Assembly: GCA_965287045.1 (NCBI GenBank)
Contig: OZ336885.1
Location: 61,876,001 to 61,940,000 of the forward strand
Direction: 5' to 3'
DNA: 64,000 nucleotides
From: Carcharhinus amblyrhynchos
Taxonomy: Eukaryota
The translations under genes and the position numbers were made by a program. This document shows, piece by piece, positions 51,165 to 63,078 of this stretch (position 1 is the stretch's first letter; the number at the start of each line of letters is the position of its first letter). Below the pieces are notes generated by a model. It saw nothing but the letters and a program-made list of their open reading frames with translations. It did not search any database and had not been told where the DNA came from.

Positions 51165-51690
51165 ACCGCTCGACAATCACCAGGCAAGACTGTTCTCTTC
51201 CTGTTGGGGAACACTTGAGAGGTCATGGGCATTCGGCCGCTGACCTTCGGGTAAGTGTTTTCCAAGGCGGCCTTCACGCCACACGACAGCGCAGAGTCGC
51301 TGAACATAGACTGGCAGCCAAGTTCAGCATACATGAGTACAGTCTCAGCCGGAATCTTGTTTCCATGTCAAACTATGTGTAACCCTCACGACTTGCCCGG
51401 ACATGTAAAATCTCACTAACTATCCAGCCTGGAGATAATACACATCTGTTTAACCTTAGCGTAACACTTTCACCACTCTCATTGTAAATATCTTTAAGAC
51501 TTGATGACCTGTAAACGCTCGCATTCCAATCATCATTTTATGAATTGAAATTGTGTCTTTATATGACCTGCTTGTGAATCGCACTCCCACTCATCTGACG
51601 AAGGGGCAGCAAGTGCTGCGAAAGCTAATGGCGTTTCCTACCAAATAAACGTGTTGGACTTTACCCTGGTGTTGTGAGGCTTCTTACTAG
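51165..51690 (+). mobile_element. Penelope-like element 3' end (GIY-YIG C-terminus plus pseudo-LTR)
   Basis: LPVGEHLRGHGHSAADLRVSVFQGGLHATRQRRVAEHRLAAKF...LSRNL matches the PLE endonuclease end (PVA.HF...GHS..DL...GLN). Confidence 0.88.
51591..51631 (+). ncRNA. Minimal hammerhead ribozyme-like core
   Basis: UCAU-CUGACGA-aggg-GCAGC-aagu-GCUGC-GAAA-GCUA-AUGG: core boxes, perfect 5-bp stem II, short stem I. Confidence 0.65.
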
Positions 51691-52671
51691 GCATATTAAG
51701 CAGGCGGACCCAATCTGTATGCGTAGCTGAAAATATAATTTAGTAGGGTCCCTGTGAATTTTTTTTTTCTCCTCCTGACGTCGTTATCGTCCTCAGGTAA
51801 AATGCTGATCAGAACCGCGCACAATATTTTACCATGGGATGAATAGACTTTATCTGTAGCTGCAGCAGTGTTCAAATTTCAGTTCAAATCATCGTCCCTT
51901 AATGAAATGCGTCCTAATTGTCTTTTCTATATCCACGTACTCATCTGTCTTGGTGCAATCCTGAATCTGTAGGCATACGCTGCAAGATTTCAAAGTCCTC
52001 CATCAGACTGAATATTCTCCAGTCCGTTGAACATCCTCTCGACTTCTTACCCCAAATTGGTTTTAGTAATTTACGTGACATCGCATTTCAATTGGACCAC
52101 TGATGAGAAATATATCCCAGAGACACGTTCAATCATCCAATGAATGGTTAATGATCTAATTCAAAATGTCGTGGCTTTTTCCTGTGTTTTAGGGACAATG
52201 ATTTGCAAATGTCATAAAATTCCGTACCAGTCATTTACTCGTAGTTGTCAGACTAGACAACAATAGGTACAGAACTGAAAAACTTCCCATTGACGTTTGT
52301 TGTTGCAGATTCCTCCAATCGCAAGCTGCTGCATGCAAGTAAAACGGTATTATTGTGTCCTGTGCTCGTCCATCCAATCATACTATGAAAGCACCCATGC
52401 AATTACAAGCAAACTCCAGGAAAAGAAATGCTGACGATCGTTTTTATTTCCCGAGTTAGTTTTTTGAACTGCATTTTTTGCCAAAAAAAATGATGATTTG
52501 TTTTCACATATCATTCATTAGCTAAAAGCAGGTTTCATTTATTCTGTCGCAGTTAACCAGACATAATGCGAAATCAAATGGCATAACGTGTTGAAACGGC
52601 GATTTTAAGTGGCTTTTAAAGAAGCAGATGAAAAGTCAAGAAATTGGAAAATTAATTAAAGAATTGAAATT

Positions 52672-53138
52672 GAACAAAGAACAAAGAACAAAACCAGCTC
52701 GGGAAACAGGCCCTTCGGCCCAACGAGCCCGCGCCGCCAATTTAACATTACCAGTCCCCTCTCCACCCATGATCCGTATCTATGCTTATGGCATTCCACA
52801 TTGAGGGAAACTAATTTAGGGACTTTTTTTTTACCTCAAATCAGCCTAATAGCACATCTTTGTGGTGTGGGAGGAAACTAGAGCACCCGGAGAAAACCCA
52901 CGCAAGCACGGGGAGAATGCACAAACTCCCACAGACACTGGCCCAAATCCATCTGTCTGCAAAGCAAACAGTGATAGTCACTGAGCTGTCGTGTTGTCCA
53001 GCATCTGGTCCAGTTTAAGCACACACTAACGACATGAAGCACTAGGCTATTCTCGACCATCCAAGAGCAGCCCTGGTATGACCCATTGCGTGTATGCCCC
53101 TCATTCGACAACAAGGCGGACCGACTTAAAACCTGTGA
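52672..53138 (-). mobile_element. V-type SINE with extended structured 5' leader, copy 2
   Basis: Collinear with 42522-42980 over the full length and shares the same 5' boundary. Confidence 0.9.
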
Positions 53139-53149
53139 ACTAAAAGAGA

Positions 53150-55580
53150 AAAAACATTAGTATCATTCCACATCCTTGTACATTACCAGGGACGTCCCAA
53201 TGCTAATGAACCTTATAAAAACAACCTCCTATATCCTCCCATCTCCAACCCACTCATGTGCCTGTCTAAGTAACACTTAAACAACTCCAGAGTGCCTGCC
53301 TTCACCACCTTGCTTGGCAGAGCATTCCATATCCCCACTACCCTCTGTGTGAAAAACCTCCCTCTAATAACCGTATTATACCTCTCCCCCCTCACCCTAA
53401 GCCCGTGGCCCCTCGTACTGTGCGTCCTAACATAGGAAATAACTTACCACTGTTTACCCTATCGAGACCCTTCATAATCTTATACAGCTCTATTAGATCC
53501 CCCCCTCAGTCGCCGTCATTCAAGGGAAAACAGCCCCAGTTTGCTCAATCTTTCCTCATTACCCAGTCCTTCCGTACCAGGCAACATCCTGGTAAACCTC
53601 CTCTGCACTCTCTCCAGAGTCTCCACGTCCTTCCGGTCGTAAGGCGACCAGAACTAGACACAGAACTCCAAATGCGGCCTTACCAACGTTCGAAACAACT
53701 GCAGCATTAGACTCCAGCTCTTATACTCTATACCCCTTCCTATAAAGGCTAACATACCATAAGCTTTCTTCACAACCTTCTCCACTTGTGCTGCCACCTG
53801 CAAAGACTTGTGCACTTGCACCCCCAGGTCCCGCTGCGTTTCTATACTCTTTATAGGTTTACTCTTTATCATATAACTCCTCCCTACATTATTCCGGCCA
53901 ATATGCACCACTTCACATTTATCAAGATTAAACTCAATTTGCCATATATCTGCCCAATGTACCAGCCTATCTATATCCCGTTGTATTGCCAGAAACTGCT
54001 CCTCACTGCCCGCCAATCCAGCCATTTTAGTGTCATCTGCAAATTTGCTGATCACACCACTTACTCCCTCTTCCAAGTTATATATACCACAGAGATGAGG
54101 TCCCAGTACTGAGCCCTGCGGCACACCACTAGTGACAGACCTCCAGCTAGAAAAGAACCCATCCACTATTACTCTCTGTCTCCTCTTAGCAAACCAGTTT
54201 TCAACCCATCTCGATACCTCGCCTTGTATCCCATGGGCCTTAATCTTTTCTACCAACCTACCATGAGGGACTTTGTCAAATGCCTTACTGAAATCCATAT
54301 AGACGACATCAACAGCTCGTCCTTCGTCGACGGTTTTTGTCACCTCCGCAAAAAATTCTACCAGACTCGTAAAGGCAAGACCTCCCCTTGACAAAGCCAT
54401 GCTGCGTATCCCTAATCAGATCGTAACGCTCAAAGTGCTCATACATCCTATCCCTAAGAATCCTCTCCTACCACTGACGTCAAACTCACCGGCCTATAGT
54501 TACTAGGGTTATCCCTCCTACACTTTTTAAACAACGGTACCACGTTCGCTATCCTCCAGTCCTCTGGGACCTCACCTGTGTCCAAAGGTGAGACAAAGAT
54601 TTGCGTCAGAGGCACAACAATTTCATCTCTCGCCTCCCTAAGCAGCCTAGGATAAATGCCATCGGGCCCCCGAGATTTATCAGTTTTAATGCTACCTAAA
54701 ATCCCTAACACTTCTTCCCTCGTAATGGATAGTTCCTTCAATTGGTCTAAAGCTCCCTCGAAGACTGTACCAGACATCAAGCCCCTCTACTTCCTGAATA
54801 CCGACACAAAGTATTCATTCATTCAGGATCTCCCCCATTCCCTCGAACTCTAAGCACAATTCCCCTCCTCTGTCCCTGAGGGGACAGATTTTCCCCCTAG
54901 CCACCCTTTTGTTCCTAACATAGGAGTAAACGCGTTTGGATTTTCCTTAATCCTACCTGTCAAAGCCATTTCATGTCCCCTTTATGCCCTCCTAACTCCC
55001 CTTTTGAGATCCCTTCAACTCTCTCTGTATTCTTCCACCGCTCTCTCCGTTCCCATTGTTTAGACCTACCATACGCCTCTCGTTTCTTCCTGACCTAGTC
55101 CTCAATATCTCGAGTAATCCACAGCTCTCTAACCCTACCTTTCCCACCCATCCTCTTAACCGGCACATGTCTTTCCTGCACCCATTTCAGTTTTCCCTCG
55201 AAAGACTCCCACACGCCTAACGTGGACTTGCCCTCCAACAGCCTATCCCAGTCTGTATCCCTAAGCTCCTGCCTAATCCGGCTGTACCTAGCCTTCTCCC
55301 AATTTAGCACCCTCCCCTTAGGACAGCACTCATCTTTTTCCATTAGAATCCTAAAATGGACAGAGTTGTAATCACTATTAGCCAGATGTTCACGGACTGC
55401 AACCTCCACCACCTGACCCGGCTCATTGCCTCGAACTAAATCCAGTATACCCCCCTTCTCTAGTCGGGCTATCTGCATACTGCTCCAAGGACCCTTCCAG
55501 TACACATCTTACGAATTCCTAGCCGCCCGAACCCAGAGCTCTAGGCACCTTCCAATCCACCCCAGGGAGATTAAAATTGG
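53150..55580 (-). mobile_element. CR1 LINE, 5'-truncated within the endonuclease
   Basis: ILDLVRGNEPGQV (EN end), GPDGIYPRLLRE, NYRPVSLTSVVG, YMDFSKAFDKVPH, GVPQGSVLGP, KFADDTK; several frameshifts. Confidence 0.97.
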
Positions 55581-55769
55581 AACTACAGGGTGGGCGTGGA
55601 GATCAAGTGTGTTAAGTCAGAAAAACTGATTGTTGAGCAACAAATCAGCTAAAATCACTCCGATGAATAACATCAGAGCCAAGACTAGATTCGGAAGTAA
55701 TAAATTTGGTGGATGTGTGCATCGATTTGACTTTCGGAACATCGATTTCATGATCGTATTCTGCTGACC

Positions 55770-56730
55770 AGTGAACTATTAGCTCATCCCACGTTCACAT
55801 TATGGATTAATGATTTGGAAGAGAGAATTCAATGTGTAATCTCCAAATTTGCACATGATCTGAGGAGGGTGTTAAGATATTTCAGCGTGATTGGGAACGC
55901 CTGAATATGTAGTCATCTACATATCAAAGTGAAATTATTCACTTTAGCAGCAATAATAGCAAGTCAGATTATTATTTGTGTCGGCGCAAATTCAAACCAG
56001 TGGATACTCAATGACACATTGCAGTCCTCGGGTATCAGTCGCCGATTATAATTGTGCTGGTGCAGCAGGCAGTAAAGAAGGCAAATTGTATGTTGGCCCT
56101 CATAACCAAAGGTTTTAAGAATAGGGTTAGGATAGATTTGCTGAAGTTGTACAGGGCAATGTTGAGGCCACACCTTATGTATTGCGTGCAGTTTTATTGT
56201 CCTTATCTGAAGGTGGCTTTACTGCTAAAGATGGAGTACGGTGAAGTTTAACTGGGCTGATTCCTGGGATGGCAGGTCTGCTATATGAGTAGAGGTTAAG
56301 TCAATTATGATTATATTCACTGGAGAGTAAAAGAGTGATAACGGATCCCATAGATAGCTATGCAATTTCAATAGCGTTAAACAAAGTAGAGTCAGAATAA
56401 TTCCCCCAATGGCGGGGGAATGCAGTATTCAGGGTTATAGTCTGGACAAGGGATACACGTTTCAGGACTAAGGTCAGGAAATATTCCTTCTCCCAGACTT
56501 GGAGAACGTAGTGAACGTCATTACCACTCAATGCAGTGAAGGCCAAAACGGTGTTTGATTTCAGGATGAAATCAGATATAGCTCTTAGGACTAAAGTAGC
56601 CAAGGGATATGAGGGAGTGGATATCAAGATATTGCATTCGATGATCAGCCATGATCCAGAGAAATGACAGAACAGTCTCGAAGGGCCGAATGATCTAGTC
56701 TCGCGGCTAGTTTCTACGTTTCGATGTCTC
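55770..56730 (+). mobile_element. Old CR1 3' fragment
   Basis: VQQAVKKANCMLALITKGFKNR...LYRAMLRPHLMYCVQF; tcgaagggccgaatg tail motif. Confidence 0.88.
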
Positions 56731-58321
56731 TCACCCCAGCAGGACGTAGTGATTTCCGTTACTTCTATAATCAAACTGCCACAGCAACCTTTTTGATCAG
56801 CAGTGTTTTTTTTTAACCTCTAATAGTCCAAACGTGTTTGGGTACCTATGTTGTGAATTGTTCACGAATTAAAAAAAAAATAGTCAAATTATTCAATTTG
56901 GATTTTTCTAAGTAAACAGCGTCATGAAGGATCAAAGGCAACACCTTCAATCAGTTTTGTTTTTTTTTCACTGTATCACTGCAGTTGCGAATACATTTTC
57001 AGCGAAAATCTGTCACATTCCCACCACTGCTACAACTAATAATAACATTAATGTAAGCAAAAAAAAATTACTCTTCGAACAAAATTAGGTGCTTTCCAAT
57101 AAACATTTGCAGATCACATATCCTACTCGTATAGATTAATGCTGCAAATGCCATTATTTCATTTACTTGTAAGAATATAAACAAATAATCCGGTATTTAT
57201 TCGATCATGCAGCGCCATTTTTTGAGTTATTGACCGGTATCAATCCAAGCGGCAATGTTATTTATATCCTGCTCTTGAATGTATTTAATGAATTAAAATC
57301 GTATAGGCTCACTGGGATGTATTCGATTGAAACAGTTAGAATAATATTCACATGCCTTCGATATGAATACTATGCAATGATTTGCAAAGCCTCAAAATAA
57401 GTTGATTCATTCCAATTTCCCACCCTAAGAAATTCGTGCGCCAAAAGCCCCAGAAATTCTACCAGTGTCAGTCGTTTTTTTTTTGTCATTGCATTCTGTC
57501 ACACCATCATGGCAGAACTGAAAGTAAAAAAAAAAAATCTGATTGTGTGAAACAAAGAGTCCCATTACCTGAGCTCGCAATTACTGTTGGTGGTAGAGAT
57601 AACATTTAAGTCATTTTCCTCCGTCACGTTCATTGGTTATGCCGTGAATGCAATTAATCAATTCAGTTCAATTGCACCAAATGCCAAAACATATACTACG
57701 ATAACCTTTTGAAAATGATTTGCCACCAGCCATAATAAGCCATGATTAGTCGCGGATCTATAGCTTCAAATAACATCAACGTGCATGAATGCAGCGGAAA
57801 ATAAAATATCACAGGTACAAGACACTTGAGGGAACAATTACGAAATGAATAAGAATACAGCTGAGATTCGACAATGTTAAAATGCTTCAATAAGGCACGT
57901 TTCTACTTAGTATCAGTTGCTGACGTGAGTGCATATATGCGTCGGAACAAAAACATAAAATATTGGAAATATCGCCCCTCCAGGATATTTCACCAGTCAA
58001 TAATTCAGCAGCTAATATAACTTCAGCCAACTACCTTATGTGCTTTAGACTATTGGACTAATATAACTTTCCATTTCCTGCATTTTTACTTTTACTATAA
58101 TTATTTTTTTCTAAAATGCCTGCATGCAATTTTCCGAAAGAAGAACATTACATCATAATGAAATACAGCAAAAGAATGGAGGGTGAGGGAGCAGATGTTG
58201 AGACTGGCCACTAAGTAATTTATTGCGGGATTACTTCAGCAATCTTTATTAAAAGTGAGTATCCACTTGGGTTAATATGATGATCACAACGTATACATCT
58301 AATGGGAAGGAGTGACATTAC

Positions 58322-59530
58322 TTAGAAATAAGAAATAGGAGCAGTAGTAATCCATCCAGCCCTTCGAGCCTGCCCCGCCATTCAAAAAGATCATGGCTGA
58401 TCTGTCGCTGCTCAGTTCCACATTCCCGCCCTCTCCCCATAACCCTTAATCCCCTCTCCTATCAAAAACCCATCAACCCGCGTCTTAAAAATATTTAGCG
58501 AGACAGCCTCCACCACTTCAACGGGCAGAGAATTCCAGAGATTCACCACCCTTTGAGTGAAGAAGTTCCTCCTCAACTCCGTTCTAAACCGCCCCACTTT
58601 TATGTTAAGGCTGTGCCCCCTAGTCCTACTGTCTTTTTTGAGCGGGAAGAGTCTTTCCACCTCTATCCTATCCATCCCATTCATCATCTTATCCGTCTCA
58701 ATGAGATCTCCCCTCATTCTTCTAAACTCTAACGAGTACAAGCCTAGTTTATTCAGCCTCTCCTCATAGCTCAACCCCCTCAACTCCGGTGTCAGCCTAG
58801 TAAACCTCCTCTGCACTCCCTCCAAGGCCAAAATATCTTTGCGCAGGTGCGGCGCCCAAAACTGCACACAGTACTCCAGCTGCGGCCTCACCAATGCCCT
58901 ATACAGCCGCAGCAAGACCTCCCTACTTTTATATTCAATCCCCCTCGCTATGAAGGCCAGCATCCCATTCGCCTTCCTGACCACCTGCTGCACCTGCAAG
59001 CTGGGTTTTTGCGACTCATGCACAAGGACCCCGAGGTCCCTCTGCACCGTCGCCTGCTGCAGTTTTTCGCCCCGTAAGTAATAGTCCTTCCTACCATTCT
59101 TCCTACCAAAGTGGACCACCTCACACTTGCCAACATTAAATTCCATTTGCCATTTCCTGGCCCATTCGCCCAGCCTATCTAGATCCTTCTGCAGACACTC
59201 CACACCCTCCGCACAATTTGCCGTTCCCCCAATCTTGGTGTCATCAGGAAATTTCGAGACTCTACACTCGGTTCCCTCCTCCAGATCATCTATATAAATG
59301 GTAAAAAGCTGATGCCCCAGCACCGACCCCTGGGGCACTCCACTAGTCACCATCCGCCAATCCGAATAGCACCCGTTGACCCCCACTCTTTGCCTCCTAT
59401 TTGACAACCAATCCTCTATCCACGCTAACACCCTACCCCCAACTCCATGTCCCTCGACCTTCTGCAATAACCTCTTGTGAGGTACTTTGTTCGACGCCTT
59501 CTGTAAATCTAGAAAGACCACATCCACCGG
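58322..59530 (-). mobile_element. Young 5'-truncated CR1 LINE with open RT frame
   Basis: ORF 58412-59590: VDVVFLDLQKASNKVPH, GVPQGSVLG, KFPDDTK (FADD altered), C-terminus intact; nearly identical to 10266-11210. Confidence 0.97.
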
Positions 59531-59971
59531 CTGGAGTGAAGGTTGAACGTCTGTACAAAAAATGTCGAAAAACCACCCTTCCACATCCACAATCTGTTCA
59601 AATTCTCTGTAATTATATTACTTCTTTTTAATGCGTATATAATTATTGGTCATTTCCGGCAAAGATATTTAATGTCGTGGTGGTTCTATATGTCCAACTT
59701 TATTCAACAAAGTTAAATGCTGCAGTCATTTAGTAAGTTGCTGAATTTTATTTTCCTGTTGAAGCATTAAGTGGGGTCGCAGAACTAATTTGAACGCAGG
59801 AACTTTTCCGCCTGTTGGAAAGAGCGTGGTCGAGGTCAATAAGATCCCATCATTCTTGTGACGGTTGACTGACATTTCTGGTTATTTATCATTGATGTTC
59901 GAACCCAGCAACGTCCCCACTACCCCCCAGCCACATCCACCCCGCTTTCCGCCACCTCGCCCCGCGACCAA

Positions 59972-60003
59972 ACACACACACACACACACACAAACACATA
60001 CAA
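59972..60003. repeat. (CA)n microsatellite
   Basis: Visible directly. Confidence 0.9.
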
Positions 60004-60431
60004 AACACCTCCACTGTTGATACTCTGAGAAAGCTTTCTGCACATCTAGTTAGCATTTCAGGGAGGCGGCACATTAGTCCTTCCGAGGAACAACCGGACT
60101 GACAAAACATGCTCGTCATAGAACTTTGTTAACAGTTGATGAGCTACTGATCAAAGGATGTGTTCGCTGCACGTAAACATGAAGGTCTAAATTAATATTT
60201 AAAATATCACTGTCTGTTGGGTTACATGAAAATTAATAAGGCAACAAAAGGCGATGAGTAAAAATACTTAAAATAACACCTTATGTGCAACGAATGCTTC
60301 AAATCGGCCGCATGACGGGCCTACTACATTATAAGAAGGCAGATCAGATATGTGTCTAACTGGGAGTAATAGATGTTCCTGGGGAATTTTTGTGCAACCT
60401 GCATAATTTCGAAAAATATGTAGAGACCAAC

Positions 60432-61033
60432 TGTAGAAGAAATTAGATTCCTATAAGCAATTAGTTTGCATAGAAAAGTAAGTCTGTTTTAAACGGACTT
60501 ACTATAGCAGGGGCTAAAGCTGCAACAGTAGCTAAAGGGTTAATGATTCACTATATACTCACCATTACACCGAAAATCAACAAACTAGCTGAAGCAGGCA
60601 GGGTTAGAAAAACAGGGCCTAGCAGACACTCAAGGTCTAAAGGCCAGATAACGGGCCATCTGCCTTTAGGAGGATAGAAAAATAAACCACCATTCTTCTC
60701 CCCTATCTAGTTACGGTAAATCACAAGGGACAGGGACTGTAGGATGATTTAGACCAAGGACACTATAGATAAGTCCTAGGACCATAGTTTTAATTCATGG
60801 GACAATGATTAAAGGGGTAATAGAGATAGTAAAGATAATAGGGAGTATTGTAACCTGCTTGCAGAGTTGTTTATTTCACTGTATAACAATAGCGCGGGTT
60901 TGTTCAGAAAATTCAGAGTTCTCTCGGTGTTGACTGAGGTGTACTCTCCGTGATATCACGACAATAAACTCTCCTGACGCCTGACTCTGAACGTCTCTGC
61001 CTGAGCTATTCTGAGCTAGGAATTTCCTCGACA
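60432..61033 (+). repeat. 5' LTR of ERV2
   Basis: TGTAGAAGAAATT...AATTTCCTCGACA terminal inverted repeat (11/13); TATAA ~60882; AATAAA 60963-60968; PBS follows. Confidence 0.88.
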
Positions 61034-61038
61034 GAATT

Positions 61039-61058
61039 TGGCGTAGTCTTGGCAGGAT
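61039..61058 (+). promoter_or_regulatory. Primer-binding site, tRNA-Ser (2-nt insertion)
   Basis: TGGCGTAGTCttGGCAGGAT vs Ser PBS TGGCGTAGTCGGCAGGAT. Confidence 0.88.
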
Positions 61059-61378
61059 CCCTTTTAACACGGGATTTCTGAACCGAACCTAAAACACTTA
61101 ACATAGTTAACAGTTGAACAAGAGGGAGGAAATTGATCGAGACTTTCCCAGCTGAAAGGGGGTCAGTCCCCGGGGCCGTCCCAGCTGTTAGGGGGTACGG
61201 TCCGGATGCAATAGGTAGCTACCGTATTTACACTAGAATAACAAGAAGGCAAAGGAGACCCCGAGAAACGCAGAAAGGAGACACCGGTGAGCGCTTGTAT
61301 ATATAATGTGATTCATAGGCGGTGTGTGTGCGTTAATTTTGCTTACATTACAGACCGATACCTGGTCCCGACAACAAC

Positions 61379-63078
61379 ATGGGAAACACACCCGGTCGAG
61401 CGGAGAAATCTGCTCCCGGCAACCCTGGCGGGACCCCTCAAGGCAAAGGTCCGGAGATGGACAAAAAGACCAAGAAAAGAGCTGAGACGGTAAAGGAGTG
61501 TCGAGAGAAGGTAGGAGACCCCGTGGTGCCCCCTGGGTCACCTGCGGAAACCGTGCTGAAAGAAACAGGGGAATGGAAGTATGTAATACCATTTAGTAGC
61601 GATCTGTACGGGTGGTCCGATGGCGATTGGCCATATGGGGGGAGTTTTAAGCTCTCCTTAATAAAAGTATGGTGGGATATAGCTGCGGGAGATGGAGGGG
61701 ACCCCACTTGGGACAAACAATATATGCTGGACTGTTTCCAGAAATGGATGGATATAGCCAAACGTCATCAGCCCCCTAAGACAAAAAAGACACAGGAGAA
61801 TTCTAAGAACGAATCTGCCAACGATAGCCCTCCCTCCTACAGTCCCGTAGCTCCGGTAGCTCCCCCAGCGCCCGTTATGGGCCTATACCCCCAACTGGAG
61901 CCCTATAAGTCAGACAATTGGAATCAACTTTTAGAAATAGCGGCAGCAGCACGAGTGCCCCACACTAATCCGTCACTCTCAGCAGCAGGCGGATTGTCCC
62001 AGGGGGAGGAGGGACCTACGGGAGCAGCCAGCCAGGAAGGCGGAGGTTTACTTGAGGAAGCGAGCTCCGTCAAGGGTGGCGAGAGTCAATCAATCTCCAG
62101 CCGACTCCGTAAACATGACAAAAGGGGGCCAGAAAAGGCAGAGGCCGATTCTACACTTGAAAAACATAAATACCAGGCTCAGAACCCCAGGATTATGATA
62201 GGCGAAACCCCTATTTTAAAACCCTGGACCCCGGGCGAAGCCCGGGATATGATTTCATCAGCCCCTGTTCCAGTTAAAAAGCCAGTGGCCTTTCACAATT
62301 GGCTGGAGCAAACCTGTACTATCTATAATCCTTACCTGGTGATATGAGACTGTTGCTGCAGGCAGCTTACGGAGCCTCGTGGCACAGTGTCCGAGACTCG
62401 TTCCCAATCCCAGTAGGAGAGAACGGGGACTGGAGGCAGGATAATGAATTACTGGATGAGGGAAATGAGTCTATGGAGCATTGGCTGAAACATAGAGGAA
62501 GGGAAGCGATGATGCAGGGGGCTAAGAGACATGGGGACATAGGTGAGGTGACCAGGTGCCGACAGAAAGCTGACGAATCAGTCATGGACTTTGCAGTTAG
62601 ATGGAGGGATGTTTGGGAAGAGAATGCCGGGATACCTTTAGATCAGAACCAACCCCTGGCAGTACAGACCCTGTTGAACTGCATGCTCCCCGAGCATGCT
62701 AGTACCTACAAAATGAAAGTGTTAGATTGGCAAGGAAAAACATGGACAGAGACGATTACGGTACTAGCTAACCTAGACAGGGAGGGACTGCTCACTCGCA
62801 CAGAGGACAGGCTGAGAGTGAGTCAGTTTTACCAGCACGGGGGGAGGGGGAGACCGGGACAGAGAGCAGGAAGCTCTGGACGAATAAAAGGAAAAGGGGG
62901 TCGGTGGCCAGCAAAAGACCGGTCCCAGGACGAATGCAGGAATTGTGGAAAAATGGGACACTGGGCTAGGGACTGTAGACTCCCCTCAAAGCGTCACACA
63001 GAAGGGCAGGGTGGGCTTCCCGAGCCCCAGATGGCTCCCCAATTCACTTTTACACAGCCGAACCCCCTCTCCGCATAG
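61379..63078 (+). pseudogene. gag: Gag polyprotein with one frameshift near 62335
   Basis: MGNTPG myristoylation start; WPYGGSF matrix motif; PPSY and LYPQL late domains; MHR-like CRQKADESVMDFAVRW; CRNCGKMGHWARDC knuckle; ORFs 61379-62347 and 62344-63078 join by a 1-nt indel. Confidence 0.93.

Noticed and set aside
58412-59590. 392-aa ORF as an active or domesticated RT gene
   Set aside because: 5'-truncated CR1; the first residues come from flanking DNA, and the KAFD and FADD motifs are mutated
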